Assembly: GCA_963824165.1 (NCBI GenBank)
Contig: CAWGOM010000009.1
Coordinates: forward strand, 79,972-143,971
DNA length: 64,000 nt
Origin: an uncultured Acidobacteriota bacterium
GTDB taxonomy: Bacteria; Acidobacteriota; Thermoanaerobaculia; UBA5066; Gp7-AA6
Direction: 5' to 3'
The notes below the pieces were generated by a model. The model was not told where the DNA came from. It saw only the letters and a program-made list of their open reading frames with translations, and made no database searches. The position numbers and the translations under genes were made by a program. Numbering within the stretch: the first letter of the stretch is position 1; every line of letters begins with the position of its first letter. Positions 35,325 through 46,563 of the stretch are shown here, one piece after another.

Positions 35325-36492
35325 TCAAAACGGCTCGGCCAGGACCTCCGGGGAGAGGGCGCTTCGATTGCCTGCGCGGTCGACGGCCAGGACCGTGTAC
35401 CGGTATCTCCGTCCGACCCGGGCGGTGGGGTCGTTGAAGAACGGGTCGAGGATCGGGTCCTTGGTCAACTGCACCGGGGCGCCGCCCGCCTCGGAGCGGA
35501 AGACCAGATAGCCCGCCAGGTCGGGCGTGTCCACGGGGTCCCAGAGCAGCCGGACGAGATTGCCCTCGGAGAGGGCGTCGACGCGCGTGGGGGCCTTCGG
35601 CGGATAGACGTCGCGCGGCACGGCGACGACCTCCTCGGCCGGGAGGCCTTCGATCTTCGGGTTCTTCGCGAGCACCGCCCGAACCGTGTAGGCGAGCTCG
35701 ACGCCGTAGGGAGCCGTCATGTCGACGAAGGACGTGCCCGGCACGGCGGTCGCCGTCAGCGGCGCCTCGTACTCCTCCTGCGTGAGCGGGCGCCGGTAGA
35801 CGCGGTAACCGCCGATCTCGACCGGCTGCTGGAGGACGTTTTCGGGTCGGGGCGGTCCACTCGAGGCAGACGCGGCCTTCCTCAAGAAGCGGCGGCAGGA
35901 GCTCGGGCGCCTGGGGGGCGATGTCGGGCGTGAGCGTGACGATGTTCGACAGCGGGCTTCGCTCGCCGTTCCTCCGCACGGACACGACGGCATAGGCGAG
36001 TGGCTCAGGCCCCTTCTCCTGCGTGAACAGTGTCAGGAGCGAGTCGCGGTAGACGACCGAGGCGCCCTGTGTCGCCTCGTTGATCGCGAGGAGCGAGAGC
36101 CCGGCGGCCAGTTGCGCGTTCTGGTAGAAGGCCTCCTCCGCCAGGCGTACGTTCGTCGCGGTGCGGCGCGCGGTCGTGCCCAGGCCCCGCAGCTCGCCCG
36201 AGGAGCCCGAGGACGGCGCCGCACCGGATGCCCCCGTCGGACGCGGTGTCGTCAGCGCGGGCGGCGGGTCGACGACGCGGTAGACCTCGATCGCCTCGAG
36301 GTCCGTCAGCGGCGCGCCCGTCTGCAGCCGGTCCGGGAACGAGAACGTCAGGACGGCGTCGTCGCCCTCCTGCTCGACCGCGAGGTCCTTGACGGCGTTG
36401 GGACCGCGCGGCAGCGGCGGCTGCGGATCGCCCTTCTTGCCGCAGGCCAGCGCCAGAAGGCAGATCGCGAGGCCGGCAGGAACGCGTTTCAT
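35325..36492 (-). CDS. LptM(YifL)-like lipoprotein extended by FN3-like domains, frame disrupted near 35847
   Basis: N-terminus MKRVPAGLAICLLALACGKKGDPQPP (lipobox plus a CGxKGP-like motif). The C-terminal part continues in track ORF 35325-35993 (GGYRVYRR..., YRYTVLAVDRAGNRS). Confidence 0.6.
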
Positions 36493-36565
36493 GCGAGGTG
36501 GAACTTCCTCGGGAGAGGATACCGGAGCGACTTCCCCTCCCTCGTCCGTCGGCGCGCGCGCGCCG

Positions 36566-37924
<1,359 letters not shown>

Positions 37925-37925
37925 C

Positions 37926-38462
37926 TCAGAGCTCTTCCAGCGTGATGTGGTCGTTGGTGTAGATGTCGATCTGCGAAGCCACCAGGAGCGCCTCGCGGGC
38001 GACTTCCGTCGCCGACATGTCCGACCGGTGCTTCAGGAGCGCGCGCGCGGCGGCCAGGGCGTAGGCCCCGCCGGAGCCGATGGCGAGCACGCCCTCCTCC
38101 GGCGAAATGAGGTCGCCGGTCCCCGAGATCAGGAGCGAGCTCTGACGGTCGGCGACGATCAGGAGCGCCTCGAGCTGCCGGAGCATCTTGTCCGTGCGCC
38201 AGTCCTTGGCGAGCTCGATCGCGGAGCGCTCGAGGTTGCCCCGGTGCTCGTCGAGCTTGCCCTCGAAGCGGGAAAAGAGCGCGAAGGCGTCCGCGGAGGA
38301 GCCCGCGAAGCCGGCGATGACGGAGCCGCCCGCGAGCCGGCGGATTTTGGCCGCGGTCTGCTTCATCACCGTGGTGCCGAGGGTGACCTGGCCGTCCGAG
38401 GCCATCGCCACCTTGCCGCCGTGGCGCACGCAGAGGACCGTGGTGGAGTGCCACTTCTGCAT
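37926..38462 (-). CDS. hslV: ATP-dependent protease subunit HslV
   Basis: 178 aa. [21 protein letters not shown] and [13 protein letters not shown]. Confidence 0.95.
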   Translation of the reverse strand: MQKWHSTTVLCVRHGGKVAMASDGQVTLGTTVMKQTAAKIRRLAGGSVIAGFAGSSADAFALFSRFEGKLDEHRGNLERSAIELAKDWRTDKMLRQLEALLIVADRQSSLLISGTGDLISPEEGVLAIGSGGAYALAAARALLKHRSDMSATEVAREALLVASQIDIYTNDHITLEEL

Positions 38463-38476
38463 CGGGGGAGGATACC

Positions 38477-39694
38477 TCAGGGTCCTGCCAGCGCCTTGAT
38501 CGCCGCCTCGATGACCGCGTCCTGCTCGCCTTCAGCGACCCCCACGCGGTCCGCCACCGGAACGTCCGGCTCGACGCCCCGCCCCTCGTAGAACTTCCCG
38601 TCCAGGCTCTCGATCGCGCGCTCGGTGAACCAGAGCATCGAGCCGTCGGAGAGCCGGACGGCCGCGGCGCCGCCGCTGGCCATGCCGGCCGTCGTCTCGC
38701 CGACGATCGGGCCGATCGAATGCGCGCGGAACTTCAGCGCCAGCGCCTCGGCGTTCGAGGCGGTCCCCGAGTTCGTCAGCAGGACGACCGGAAGTGGCTT
38801 GTAGATGGGCGGCACGAGGCGCTTCGCGTCGCGGTCGACGATGTAGTAGTCCGCCGTGTTCCAGTGGCCGCGCAGGAACGTCGGCAGGATGTTGGGGTCG
38901 TAGCCGCCGCTGTTGCCCCGCACGTCGAGGAGGAATCCCTCGATCGCGGGCCATTCCGAAAGCCCGGCGCGGCCCTGCGCCGCGAGCGTGCGGTCCGAGA
39001 GCATGTCGACGACGACGAGCGCGGTCTCGGCGCTCATGCCCCAGAGCCGGGCGTAGCCGTAGGCCCTGCCGTCCTTGCGGATGACCCGCGCGCTCTTCCA
39101 GACGAGCGCGTCGCCCGGCTCCTCCGGCGTGCGGACCAGACGGTCGGTTCTCGGCGCGCCGCCCGGGCGTTGCCACGTGACGCTGACGGCCGTGCCGGGG
39201 GCTCCCTCGAACACGAAGAAGAGATCGCGGAAGTCGACGCGTGCGGAGCCGTACTTCCGGCCGTCCACGGCGAGAATCCGGTCGCCCGTGCGCAGGCCCG
39301 CCCGATCGGCGGAGCTGCCGGGGACCACGCCCTTGACGGCATAGCCGTCGCCGTCCTGCCCGATGCGCAGCCCCGCCGTCGCCCAGCCGTGGTCGGGCAG
39401 GCGGCCGGCCGGCACGCGGAACGTGTGCGAGTCGGAGAGGTTCGCGAGAAGACGGTCGTAGATCGCGTTCTGCGCGGCCGGCGCCGGCGAAGCCGAAAGC
39501 TCCGCGGCGGACCTCGCCACCGCGGCCGTCCAGTCGACCCCCTTCAACTTCGGATCCCAGAACCGCTCGCGGATCGTCCGGTCGATCTCCGCGAGAACGG
39601 GCGGGGGCGCGGGTGCGGTCTGCGCCGAGACGCACGCCGCGACGAGGGCGAGAGTCAGGAGCTCCGCGGCCCGACTACGCCTTGGGATGCGCAT
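38477..39694 (-). CDS. S41 family C-terminal processing peptidase with PDZ domain
   Basis: ATG at 39694. Signal [27 protein letters not shown]-like [33 protein letters not shown] and [12 protein letters not shown]. Confidence 0.8.
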   Translation of the reverse strand: MRIPRRSRAAELLTLALVAACVSAQTAPAPPPVLAEIDRTIRERFWDPKLKGVDWTAAVARSAAELSASPAPAAQNAIYDRLLANLSDSHTFRVPAGRLPDHGWATAGLRIGQDGDGYAVKGVVPGSSADRAGLRTGDRILAVDGRKYGSARVDFRDLFFVFEGAPGTAVSVTWQRPGGAPRTDRLVRTPEEPGDALVWKSARVIRKDGRAYGYARLWGMSAETALVVVDMLSDRTLAAQGRAGLSEWPAIEGFLLDVRGNSGGYDPNILPTFLRGHWNTADYYIVDRDAKRLVPPIYKPLPVVLLTNSGTASNAEALALKFRAHSIGPIVGETTAGMASGGAAAVRLSDGSMLWFTERAIESLDGKFYEGRGVEPDVPVADRVGVAEGEQDAVIEAAIKALAGP

Positions 39695-40598
39695 TCCGAT
39701 AGACCTCGGCCAGCCGGGCGGCGTCCAGGTGCGTGTACTTCTGGGTGGTCGAGAGCGAGGCGTGGCCCAGGAGCTCCTGGATCGCGCGCAGGTCCGCGCC
39801 CGCCTGCAGCAGGTGCGTGGCGAAGGTGTGGCGCAGCGCGTGCGGCGAGATCTCCTCGGGCAGTCCCGCCGCGCGCAGCCGTCGCTTGAGGAGCCGCGCC
39901 ATCGAGCGCGGGGTGAGGCGCCCGCCCCGGGCGTTGACGAAGAGGGGCTCGGCTCGCGACTCCCCACCCGCGCGGTGGCGCAGCGCGTCGCGCGACGGCA
40001 GGTACTCGCGCAGGGCCTCGCCCGCCGCGTCGCCGAAGGGAACGATGCGCTCCCGGCTTCCCTTCCCGGTGACGCGCACGAGGCGCGCCGGGAAGTCGAC
40101 GTCTCCGAGGTCGAGGCCCGCGGCCTCCGACACCCGCAGGCCCGTGGCGTAGAGGAGCTCGAAGAGGGCGCGCTCGCGCTCGGGCACGAACGACTCGTCT
40201 TCCTCGGCCGCGAGCAGCTTTTCCGTGTCCGGCAGCGTCAGCGCGCGCGGCAGCGCCTTCGGCACCCGCGGCGAGGGCAGGCCGCGCGCCGGGTTCTTCT
40301 CGAGATGGCCCTCGCGGCAGGCCCAGCGGAAGAACGAGCGCAGCGTCGAGAGGTGCCTCGCGAGCGAGCGGCTGGCGAGGCCGTCCCGGTGAAGGTGGGC
40401 CAGGTAGGACCGCACGGCGAGCGTGTCGACCTTCGCCAGCGGCGTCCGGCCGGCCGGCTCGTTCGCGAACTGCCTCTCCCAGAAGTCCGTGAATCGCCGC
40501 AGATCCTTGCCGTAGGCCTCGACGGTCCTCGGCGAAAAGCGACGCTCGTCGGCCACGTAGCTCGCAAATCCGTCGATCGCCCGCGAAAGCGAGATCAC
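39675..40598 (-). CDS. xerC: tyrosine recombinase XerC/XerD
   Basis: 307 aa with the R..H-R-H..Y pattern (HALRHTFATHLL, LLGHASLSTTQKYTHL). It lies upstream of hslVU as in many bacteria. Confidence 0.9.
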   Translation of the reverse strand: MISLSRAIDGFASYVADERRFSPRTVEAYGKDLRRFTDFWERQFANEPAGRTPLAKVDTLAVRSYLAHLHRDGLASRSLARHLSTLRSFFRWACREGHLEKNPARGLPSPRVPKALPRALTLPDTEKLLAAEEDESFVPERERALFELLYATGLRVSEAAGLDLGDVDFPARLVRVTGKGSRERIVPFGDAAGEALREYLPSRDALRHRAGGESRAEPLFVNARGGRLTPRSMARLLKRRLRAAGLPEEISPHALRHTFATHLLQAGADLRAIQELLGHASLSTTQKYTHLDAARLAEVYRNAHPKA

Positions 40599-40646
40599 GC
40601 CCGTTCAGTGTAGCGCGGCCCAAAGGCGGCCTTAGAATCCACCGCC

Positions 40647-41918
40647 ATGGAATTGCGACCGTTTCGTTCGATTCGCTTCTCGCCGCGGGTCATCCGCGAG
40701 CGCGGGCTCTCCGCCGTTTTCGCGCCGCCGTACGACCAGATCTCCGCGGAGCTCCAGGAGCGCCTCTACGCGCAGGCCCCGGAGAACATCGTCCGGATCA
40801 CGCACCCGAAAAAGGACGGCGCGGACCCGTACGCCGAGGCCGCGAAGACCCAGGCCGACTGGCTCGCCGCCGGAATCCTCGAGAAGGAGCGCCGCCCCGC
40901 GCTCTGGAACTACCGCCAGACCTTCGTCGAGGCCGGAAAGACGGAGGTCCGGGAGGCCCTCGTGGGTCTCGTCCGGCTCGAGGAGTACGAGACGGGAACG
41001 ATCCGGCCCCACGAGCGGACCCTCGCCAGGCCCAAGGCGGATCGCCTCGCGCTGCTCGCGGCGACGAAGGCGGACCTGGAGCTCATCTTTCTCCTGACGC
41101 GCGCTCCCCTCTCGGCGGCGCTCTCGACGCGGCGCACGCCGCACCTGACCGCCGAGAGCCCCGACGGCGTGCGGCACGACGCCTTTCGGATCTCGGACTA
41201 CGCCGCCCACGTCGAGCTCCAGGGCCTCGTCAAGAACGCCGGGGCCATCATCGCGGACGGCCACCACCGCTACGAGACGGCCCTGGCGTTCTCGAAAGAC
41301 CCGGCGGCCGAGAAGCTTCCGGGCGCCCGGTACAAGATCTGCGCGATCGTCGACATGAGCTCGCCCGGCGTGATCGTGCGGCCGATCCACCGGCTTCTCT
41401 TCGACATGCCCGACTGGCGGCCGGTCCGCACGCTCCACGCCGCGCGCGACTATTTCGAGCTCAAGGAGTTCGACTCGCCGAAGGAGGCCCACGCCGCGCT
41501 CGAGGCGCATGCCCGGCGCTTCCCCGCCTTCGTCCTCCACGCCCCGCCCTCGAAGCCCGTGTTGATGACGCTCAAGGAGAAGCCGGAGGCCCTGCCCTGG
41601 CCCGAGGGGCGCTCGGAGGAGTGGAAGGCCCTCGACGTCGCGGCGCTCGAGGTCGCGTTCTTCGACAAGCTCCTCGGCGTCCGGACCGACGCCATCGCGA
41701 AGGGCGAACGGATCGCATTCACCTCCGACGCGGACGGCGCGATCGCCGCGGTCGCCGGGGGCAAGGCCCAGGCCGCGATCCTCATGCGCGCGACGACGGT
41801 CTCGGACGTCGAAGCCGTCGTCGGCTCGGGCGACCGCCTGCCGCAGAAATCCACGCACTTCTTCCCGAAAATGTACTCCGGCCTCTTCGGCGTATCCCTC
41901 GAAGACACCGTGTATTAG
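40647..41918 (+). CDS. DUF1015 domain protein
   Basis: 423 aa. FRSIRFSP......VFAPPYDQIS and ADGHHRYETA are typical of DUF1015. Confidence 0.8.
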   Translation: MELRPFRSIRFSPRVIRERGLSAVFAPPYDQISAELQERLYAQAPENIVRITHPKKDGADPYAEAAKTQADWLAAGILEKERRPALWNYRQTFVEAGKTEVREALVGLVRLEEYETGTIRPHERTLARPKADRLALLAATKADLELIFLLTRAPLSAALSTRRTPHLTAESPDGVRHDAFRISDYAAHVELQGLVKNAGAIIADGHHRYETALAFSKDPAAEKLPGARYKICAIVDMSSPGVIVRPIHRLLFDMPDWRPVRTLHAARDYFELKEFDSPKEAHAALEAHARRFPAFVLHAPPSKPVLMTLKEKPEALPWPEGRSEEWKALDVAALEVAFFDKLLGVRTDAIAKGERIAFTSDADGAIAAVAGGKAQAAILMRATTVSDVEAVVGSGDRLPQKSTHFFPKMYSGLFGVSLEDTVY

Positions 41919-41921
41919 ATG

Positions 41922-42008
41922 GGGGTCAGGTCTGGATTTTTCGGTTTCGACGAGGCGCGGGCCGATGGCCGATGAGATCCGGGATCCGAAAAAACGAGAC
42001 CTGACCCC
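41922..42008. repeat. palindromic element family A, copy 2 (diverged)
   Basis: Arms GGGGTCAGGTCTGGATTTTTCGG and CCGAAAAAACGAGACCTGACCCC with a 41-nt loop. The loop contains the ATG (41965) of the next gene. Confidence 0.65.
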
Positions 42009-42807
42009 GCTCGTTTTTCGGGCGGAGGAGCTGCTGGCGGCGGGGCGCGCCGCGGAAGCGATCGCGGCATGCGAGGAGGCGTTGGTGCTGTCGCCCGACT
42101 GCCTCCCCGCCCACGTCTGCCTGGCGCGGGCGAAGCTGCCGGGCGAGGACTACCTCGGGCACCTCGCCCGCTTCCACGAGGCCCTTCGCCCTCGGGTCTA
42201 CCTCGAGATCGGCGTGGACGCCGGCCGGACGCTGTCGCTCGCGCGGCCGCCGACGGTCGCGCTCGGGGTCGACCCGGCCGCGAAAGAGGGCGGCGCCTTC
42301 TCCGCCGAGACGCTTCTCTTCCCCGTCGAGAGCGACGTGTTCTTCGCCTCCGGGCAGGCCGGGCGGGCGCTCGCGGGCCGGCCGGTCGATCTCGCGTTCG
42401 TCGACGGGCTGCACCTCTTCGAGCAGGCCCTGCGCGACTTCATCCACGTGGAGCGGTGCGCGGCGCCGGATTCGGTCGTCCTCTTCCACGACTGCCTCCC
42501 GCTGACGCCGGCGACGGCCGCCCGCACGCGGACCACCGGTTTCTGGTCGGGCGACGCGTGGAAGATCGTGCCGATCCTCCAGCGGATGCGGCCGGACCTG
42601 ACGGCCTTCCTGATCCCGGCCTATCCGACGGGACTCCTCGCCGTGACCGGGCTCGATCCCGCGTCGCGGACGCTCGAGGAGGGCTTCGATGCCGCCGTCG
42701 GGGAATGGCGCGAAAAAGAATGGAGCGGCGGTCCCAACGACCCGCCGCTCCCGATCGTCCCCAACACCTGGACCGAAGTGCGCGCGCGCATCCGGCCGCG
42801 CGGATAG
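41965..42807 (+). CDS. class I SAM-dependent methyltransferase (Methyltransf_24/CmcI-like)
   Basis: 280 aa. YLEIGVDAGRTL, DLAFVDGLHLFEQALRDF and VVLFHDC. Confidence 0.7.
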   Translation: MADEIRDPKKRDLTPLVFRAEELLAAGRAAEAIAACEEALVLSPDCLPAHVCLARAKLPGEDYLGHLARFHEALRPRVYLEIGVDAGRTLSLARPPTVALGVDPAAKEGGAFSAETLLFPVESDVFFASGQAGRALAGRPVDLAFVDGLHLFEQALRDFIHVERCAAPDSVVLFHDCLPLTPATAARTRTTGFWSGDAWKIVPILQRMRPDLTAFLIPAYPTGLLAVTGLDPASRTLEEGFDAAVGEWREKEWSGGPNDPPLPIVPNTWTEVRARIRPRG

Positions 42808-42853
42808 GGCGGGGGCAAGCCCCGCCCCTGCGACCCCTGCTGAGGCGCCCCTA
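42805..42853. repeat. GC hairpin family B, copy 3
   Basis: ATAGGGCGGGGGCAAGCCCCGCCCCTGCGACCCCTGCTGAGGCGCCCCTAC lies between convergent genes and starts at the methyltransferase stop. Confidence 0.6.
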
Positions 42854-43192
42854 CTCCTTCTTCGGCGCGAATCCCCGGACGTCGTTCTTGACCAGGCTCT
42901 CGATCTGCTCCTTCGTCAGCTTCTTGCCGAACGGGGGCATGTCGTCCTTGCCTTCGGTGACCGACTGGATGAGCTCCTCGTCGGTCTCGCCCGCCTGCCA
43001 CTCGGCGTCCGTGAAGTTGCGCGCCTTGACCATCTTTCCCTTCATCGTCTTGGCCTTGCCGTCGTCGCCGTGGCACTTGGCGCAGTACTTGTCAAATGTC
43101 TCCGAGGGCCTGGTCTCCGCCGCGAAGGCTGCGACCGCCAGGCCCGCGATCGAGCCGAACACGAGACTTCCGAGAAGCCGGGTCTGCCTCAT
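42851..43192 (-). CDS. mono-haem c-type cytochrome
   Basis: ATG at 43192 overlaps the SCO stop (ATGA). 113 aa with a signal peptide, CAKCH haem motif and a distal MPPF Met ligand. Confidence 0.8.
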   Translation of the reverse strand: MRQTRLLGSLVFGSIAGLAVAAFAAETRPSETFDKYCAKCHGDDGKAKTMKGKMVKARNFTDAEWQAGETDEELIQSVTEGKDDMPPFGKKLTKEQIESLVKNDVRGFAPKKE

Positions 43193-44112
43193 CCTTTCCT
43201 CGCTTTCTGAAGGTCCTGGAGCACCGTTTCGGGCTCCCACTGTTCGCCGTAATGGATCGTCGCGAGCTTCCCGTCCGGATCGACGATCGCGACCACCTGC
43301 GAGTGCACGATCTGTCCCTTGTCCGGGTAGTAGAGGACGCCGAAGGTCTCGGCCACGCGCGCGACGGCCTTCGGGTCGCCCGTCAGGAACTTCCAGCGCG
43401 CCGGGTCCGCGCCGACCGACGTGGCGTAGGCCTTCAATGCCGCCGGCGTGTCGTTCTCCGGGTCGACCGTGACGGTCAGGAGCGCGCCGAACTTCTCCTT
43501 CGCGAGGCCGGCCTGGATCTTCGAAAAGCGCGCCACCGTCAGCGGGCACGCGGTCGCCACCGGGCAGCGCGAGTAGACGAACGTCACCGCCACCGGCTGC
43601 CCCCGGAACTGCGAGAGCCGCACCGGCGCCCCGGTCTGGTCCGTCAGCGTGAAGTCGGGCACGGTGTCGCCGACGGCGATGCCCTTGTTCGGCTCGGGCC
43701 GCACGCCCGCGCCTCCGAACGGGGTCGGCGTGGGCACGAAGCCCTTCGTGAGGACCTGCTCGAGGAAATACGTGCTGTTGTCGTCGACGACGAGAACGGC
43801 CTCGATCCGGTCGCCGGGGCGCAGGAACGCGATGACCTTGGGATCGTCGCGGACCGGAAAAGCCATCGTCATGGCCGACATGAATCCCGGGATCTCCTCG
43901 TGGTCGACCGTGATCCGGGCGCGGGCGGGATCGATCTTCGTGATCACGCCCCGCAGGGCGTACCGCTTCGCGTCGGCGCCTACCGGGGCCGGGGTCTCGG
44001 CCGCGATCGCCGGCCGGGAAACGGCGCCTTCCGGGACCTCCGCCTTCTTCCGGCAGGCCACGGCCCCGAAGGCGGCGACCACGAGCGCGGCGGCGGCGAC
44101 ACCTCTCCTCAC
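43189..44112 (-). CDS. SCO/SenC family copper chaperone fused to a CusF-like Cu(I)-binding N-domain
   Basis: 307 aa with lipoprotein-like AFGAVAC. HEEIPGFMSAMTMAF is the CusF/CusB-type Met motif. The thioredoxin-like part has FVYSRCPVATACP and a conserved His (IVHS). Confidence 0.75.
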   Translation of the reverse strand: MRRGVAAAALVVAAFGAVACRKKAEVPEGAVSRPAIAAETPAPVGADAKRYALRGVITKIDPARARITVDHEEIPGFMSAMTMAFPVRDDPKVIAFLRPGDRIEAVLVVDDNSTYFLEQVLTKGFVPTPTPFGGAGVRPEPNKGIAVGDTVPDFTLTDQTGAPVRLSQFRGQPVAVTFVYSRCPVATACPLTVARFSKIQAGLAKEKFGALLTVTVDPENDTPAALKAYATSVGADPARWKFLTGDPKAVARVAETFGVLYYPDKGQIVHSQVVAIVDPDGKLATIHYGEQWEPETVLQDLQKARKG

Positions 44113-44197
44113 GACGTCCTTCCTACAGGATCTGCGCCCGTCATTTCAAAGGTTAAGGAAGCCCGAAGGCTCCGCCGCCGGGATCCCGGGGGACGCC

Positions 44198-45172
44198 TCA
44201 TACGGCGGCCGCGGCCCGGCGGGAGGCGATGTACTCGGTGAGCTTCGCCAGATCGACGTTCCCGCCCGAGAGAACCACGCCGACCTTCTGGCCGCGGAAG
44301 TCCGCCTTCCGGTGGCGCACGGCGGCCGCGGCGGCCGCGCCGGAAGGCTCGACCAGGACCTTCATGCGCTCGAGCATGAAGGTCAGCGTCTCGACCATCT
44401 CGTCGTCGGAAACGAGCAGGACGTCCTCGACGTTCTTCTGGACGATCGGGAAGGTCAGCCGGCCGGGCGTCGTGACGCGCAGGCCGTCGGCGATCGTCGG
44501 GTTCTCGCGGACCTCCACGCGATGCCCCGCCGCGAGCGAGCGTTTGGTGTCGTCGGCCGTCGCGGGCTCCGCGCCGTAGACCCGGATCCCCGGGCGCATG
44601 TGGCGCGCGGCCGTCGCCCAGCCGCCGATCAGGCCTCCGCCCGAAACGCAGACGACGAGGGCGTCGAGGCCCGGGACTTCCTCGAGAAGCTCGACGGCGC
44701 CCGTCGCCGCGCCCGCCATGATCAGCTCGTCGTCGAAGGGCGGGACGAGCAGCGCGTTCTTCTCGCGCGCGATCTGGGCCGCGAGGTCGTCGCGGCTCTG
44801 CATCTGCCGGTCGTAGAGCACGACCTCGGCGCCGTAGCCGCGCGTCGCGTCGATCTTCGCCTGGGGCGCGTCGGCCGGCATGACGATCGTGGCGCGCATC
44901 CCGAGGAGCTTCGCCACGAGCGCGACGGCCTGGGCGTGGTTTCCCGACGAGAACGCGACGACCGCGTCGACCTTGCCGCGCTCGCTCTCGGCCTTCATCT
45001 TGTTGTAGGCGCCGCGGAACTTGAACGCGCCGCCCCGCTGGAGGTTCTCGGCCTTGAAGTAGACCTCGGCCCCGCACTCCTCGTCGAACTGGCGCGAGTG
45101 CAGAACGGGCGTGCGGTGCGCCACGCCCTCGAGGCGCTTGCGCGCCGCTTGGATGTCGTCCCAGGTGGGCAT
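44198..45172 (-). CDS. PLP-dependent threonine/serine dehydratase (catabolic type, no ACT domain)
   Basis: ATG at 45172 follows GGAGGA. Lys motif LQRGGAFKFRGA, SSGNHAQAVA and GGGLIGG. Confidence 0.85.
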   Translation of the reverse strand: MPTWDDIQAARKRLEGVAHRTPVLHSRQFDEECGAEVYFKAENLQRGGAFKFRGAYNKMKAESERGKVDAVVAFSSGNHAQAVALVAKLLGMRATIVMPADAPQAKIDATRGYGAEVVLYDRQMQSRDDLAAQIAREKNALLVPPFDDELIMAGAATGAVELLEEVPGLDALVVCVSGGGLIGGWATAARHMRPGIRVYGAEPATADDTKRSLAAGHRVEVRENPTIADGLRVTTPGRLTFPIVQKNVEDVLLVSDDEMVETLTFMLERMKVLVEPSGAAAAAAVRHRKADFRGQKVGVVLSGGNVDLAKLTEYIASRRAAAAV

Positions 45173-45189
45173 GCGTTCCTCCGGGCTGC

Positions 45190-46530
45190 CTACGATACGA
45201 CGGCGGGGGCCGCGGAGATCTGCCCCTTCCACTCGTCGATCGCGGCGAGGGCCCGGTCGACCATCCGCTGGCGCCGGACCTGCTTGTCGCGAACGGGAGA
45301 GTGGGACGTGTCCTCGATCAGGCCGAAGGTCACGTTCATGGGCTCGAACTTCTCCTCGGGCGGCCGCTCGGAGCAGTGGCGAGCGAGCGATCCGATCGCC
45401 GTCGTGTACGGCACGGGCACGGGCTCGCGGCCTTCGAGGATCTGCGAAAGCGCCAGCCCGACCGCCAGTCCCGTCGCCGCGCTCTCGACGTAGCCTTCGA
45501 CCCCCGTGATCTGGCCGGCGAAGAAGATCCGCGGCTGTCGCCGCATGCGGAAGAACCGGTCGAGGTGCGCCGGCGCGTGGATGTAGGTGTTGCGGTGGAG
45601 CATCCCGTAGCGCGCGAAGACCGCGTTCTCGAGGCCCGGGATCATCCGGAAGACGCGCTGCTGCTCCGGGATCTTCAGCTTCGTCTGGAAGCCGACGATG
45701 TTGTAGTGCTCCTTCGCCAGGTCGTCCTGCCGCAGCTGCACGACCGCCCACGGGAGCCTTCCGGACTTCGGGTCCGGCAGCCCCATCGGCTTCATCGGGC
45801 CGTGACGCAGCGTCTCGCGCCCCCGCTCGGCCATGACCTCGATCGGCAGGCACCCCTCGAAGTAGACGCCCTTCTCGAAGTCTTTGATCGGCACCGTCTC
45901 GCCCGCGATGAGCGCGTCCAGGAACCGCTCGTACTCCTCGCGCGAGAGCGGGCAGTTCCAGTAGTCCTCGCCCCCGCCCTTCCCGTAGCGGGACATCGCG
46001 TACATCTTCGAGAAGTCGAGCGAGGAGGCCTCGACGATCGGCGCCATCGAGTCGTAGAAGTAGAGGTCTTCGGTGCCGAGGAGCTCCCCGATCGCGGAGT
46101 CGAGGGCCGGCGAGGTCAGCGGCCCCGTCGCGATCACGACGAACCCCTCGCGCGGGATCCCGGTGACTTCCTCGCGCACGAGCTCGATCTCCGGCCGCGA
46201 CGCGATCGCGTCGGTCACGAGACCGGCGAAGACGTGCCGGTCCATCGCGAGGGCGTCTCCCGCCGGAACCGCCGCCGCGCGCGCCGAGCGGATCACGAGC
46301 GAGTCGAGCGTCTCCATCTCCCGCTTGATGAGCCCGACGGCGTTCCGCGGGTTGTCCGAGCGGAAGGAGTTCGAGCAGACGAGCTCCGCGCAGCGGTCGG
46401 TTTCGTGCGCCGAGGTCGTCACCTTCGGCCGCATCTCGTAGAGGCGCACGCGGTGGCCCCGCCGGGCGAGCTGCCAGGCGCACTCGGACCCGGCGAGGCC
46501 CGCGCCGACGATCGAGACCGTGTCGCTCAC
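45190..46530 (-). CDS. trmFO: methylenetetrahydrofolate--tRNA-(uracil54-C5)-methyltransferase TrmFO
   Basis: 446 aa. VSIVGAGLAGSECAWQLA, LVCSNSFR and FFAGQITGVEGYVESAA. Confidence 0.95.
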   Translation of the reverse strand: MSDTVSIVGAGLAGSECAWQLARRGHRVRLYEMRPKVTTSAHETDRCAELVCSNSFRSDNPRNAVGLIKREMETLDSLVIRSARAAAVPAGDALAMDRHVFAGLVTDAIASRPEIELVREEVTGIPREGFVVIATGPLTSPALDSAIGELLGTEDLYFYDSMAPIVEASSLDFSKMYAMSRYGKGGGEDYWNCPLSREEYERFLDALIAGETVPIKDFEKGVYFEGCLPIEVMAERGRETLRHGPMKPMGLPDPKSGRLPWAVVQLRQDDLAKEHYNIVGFQTKLKIPEQQRVFRMIPGLENAVFARYGMLHRNTYIHAPAHLDRFFRMRRQPRIFFAGQITGVEGYVESAATGLAVGLALSQILEGREPVPVPYTTAIGSLARHCSERPPEEKFEPMNVTFGLIEDTSHSPVRDKQVRRQRMVDRALAAIDEWKGQISAAPAVVS

Positions 46531-46563
46531 GGCCGCGATTCTATGGGCCGGCGCGCCGAGGCC

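Noticed and set aside
39675-40598. Tyrosine recombinase as a marker of an integrated mobile element
   Set aside because: It has XerC/XerD-type motifs and the conserved position upstream of hslVU. No att-like flanking repeats, tRNA or phage/IS genes are nearby.
44198-46483. 761-aa ORF
   Set aside because: Only the last 324 codons (from ATG 45172, with GGAGGA) form the dehydratase. The upstream part is an alternative frame of trmFO.
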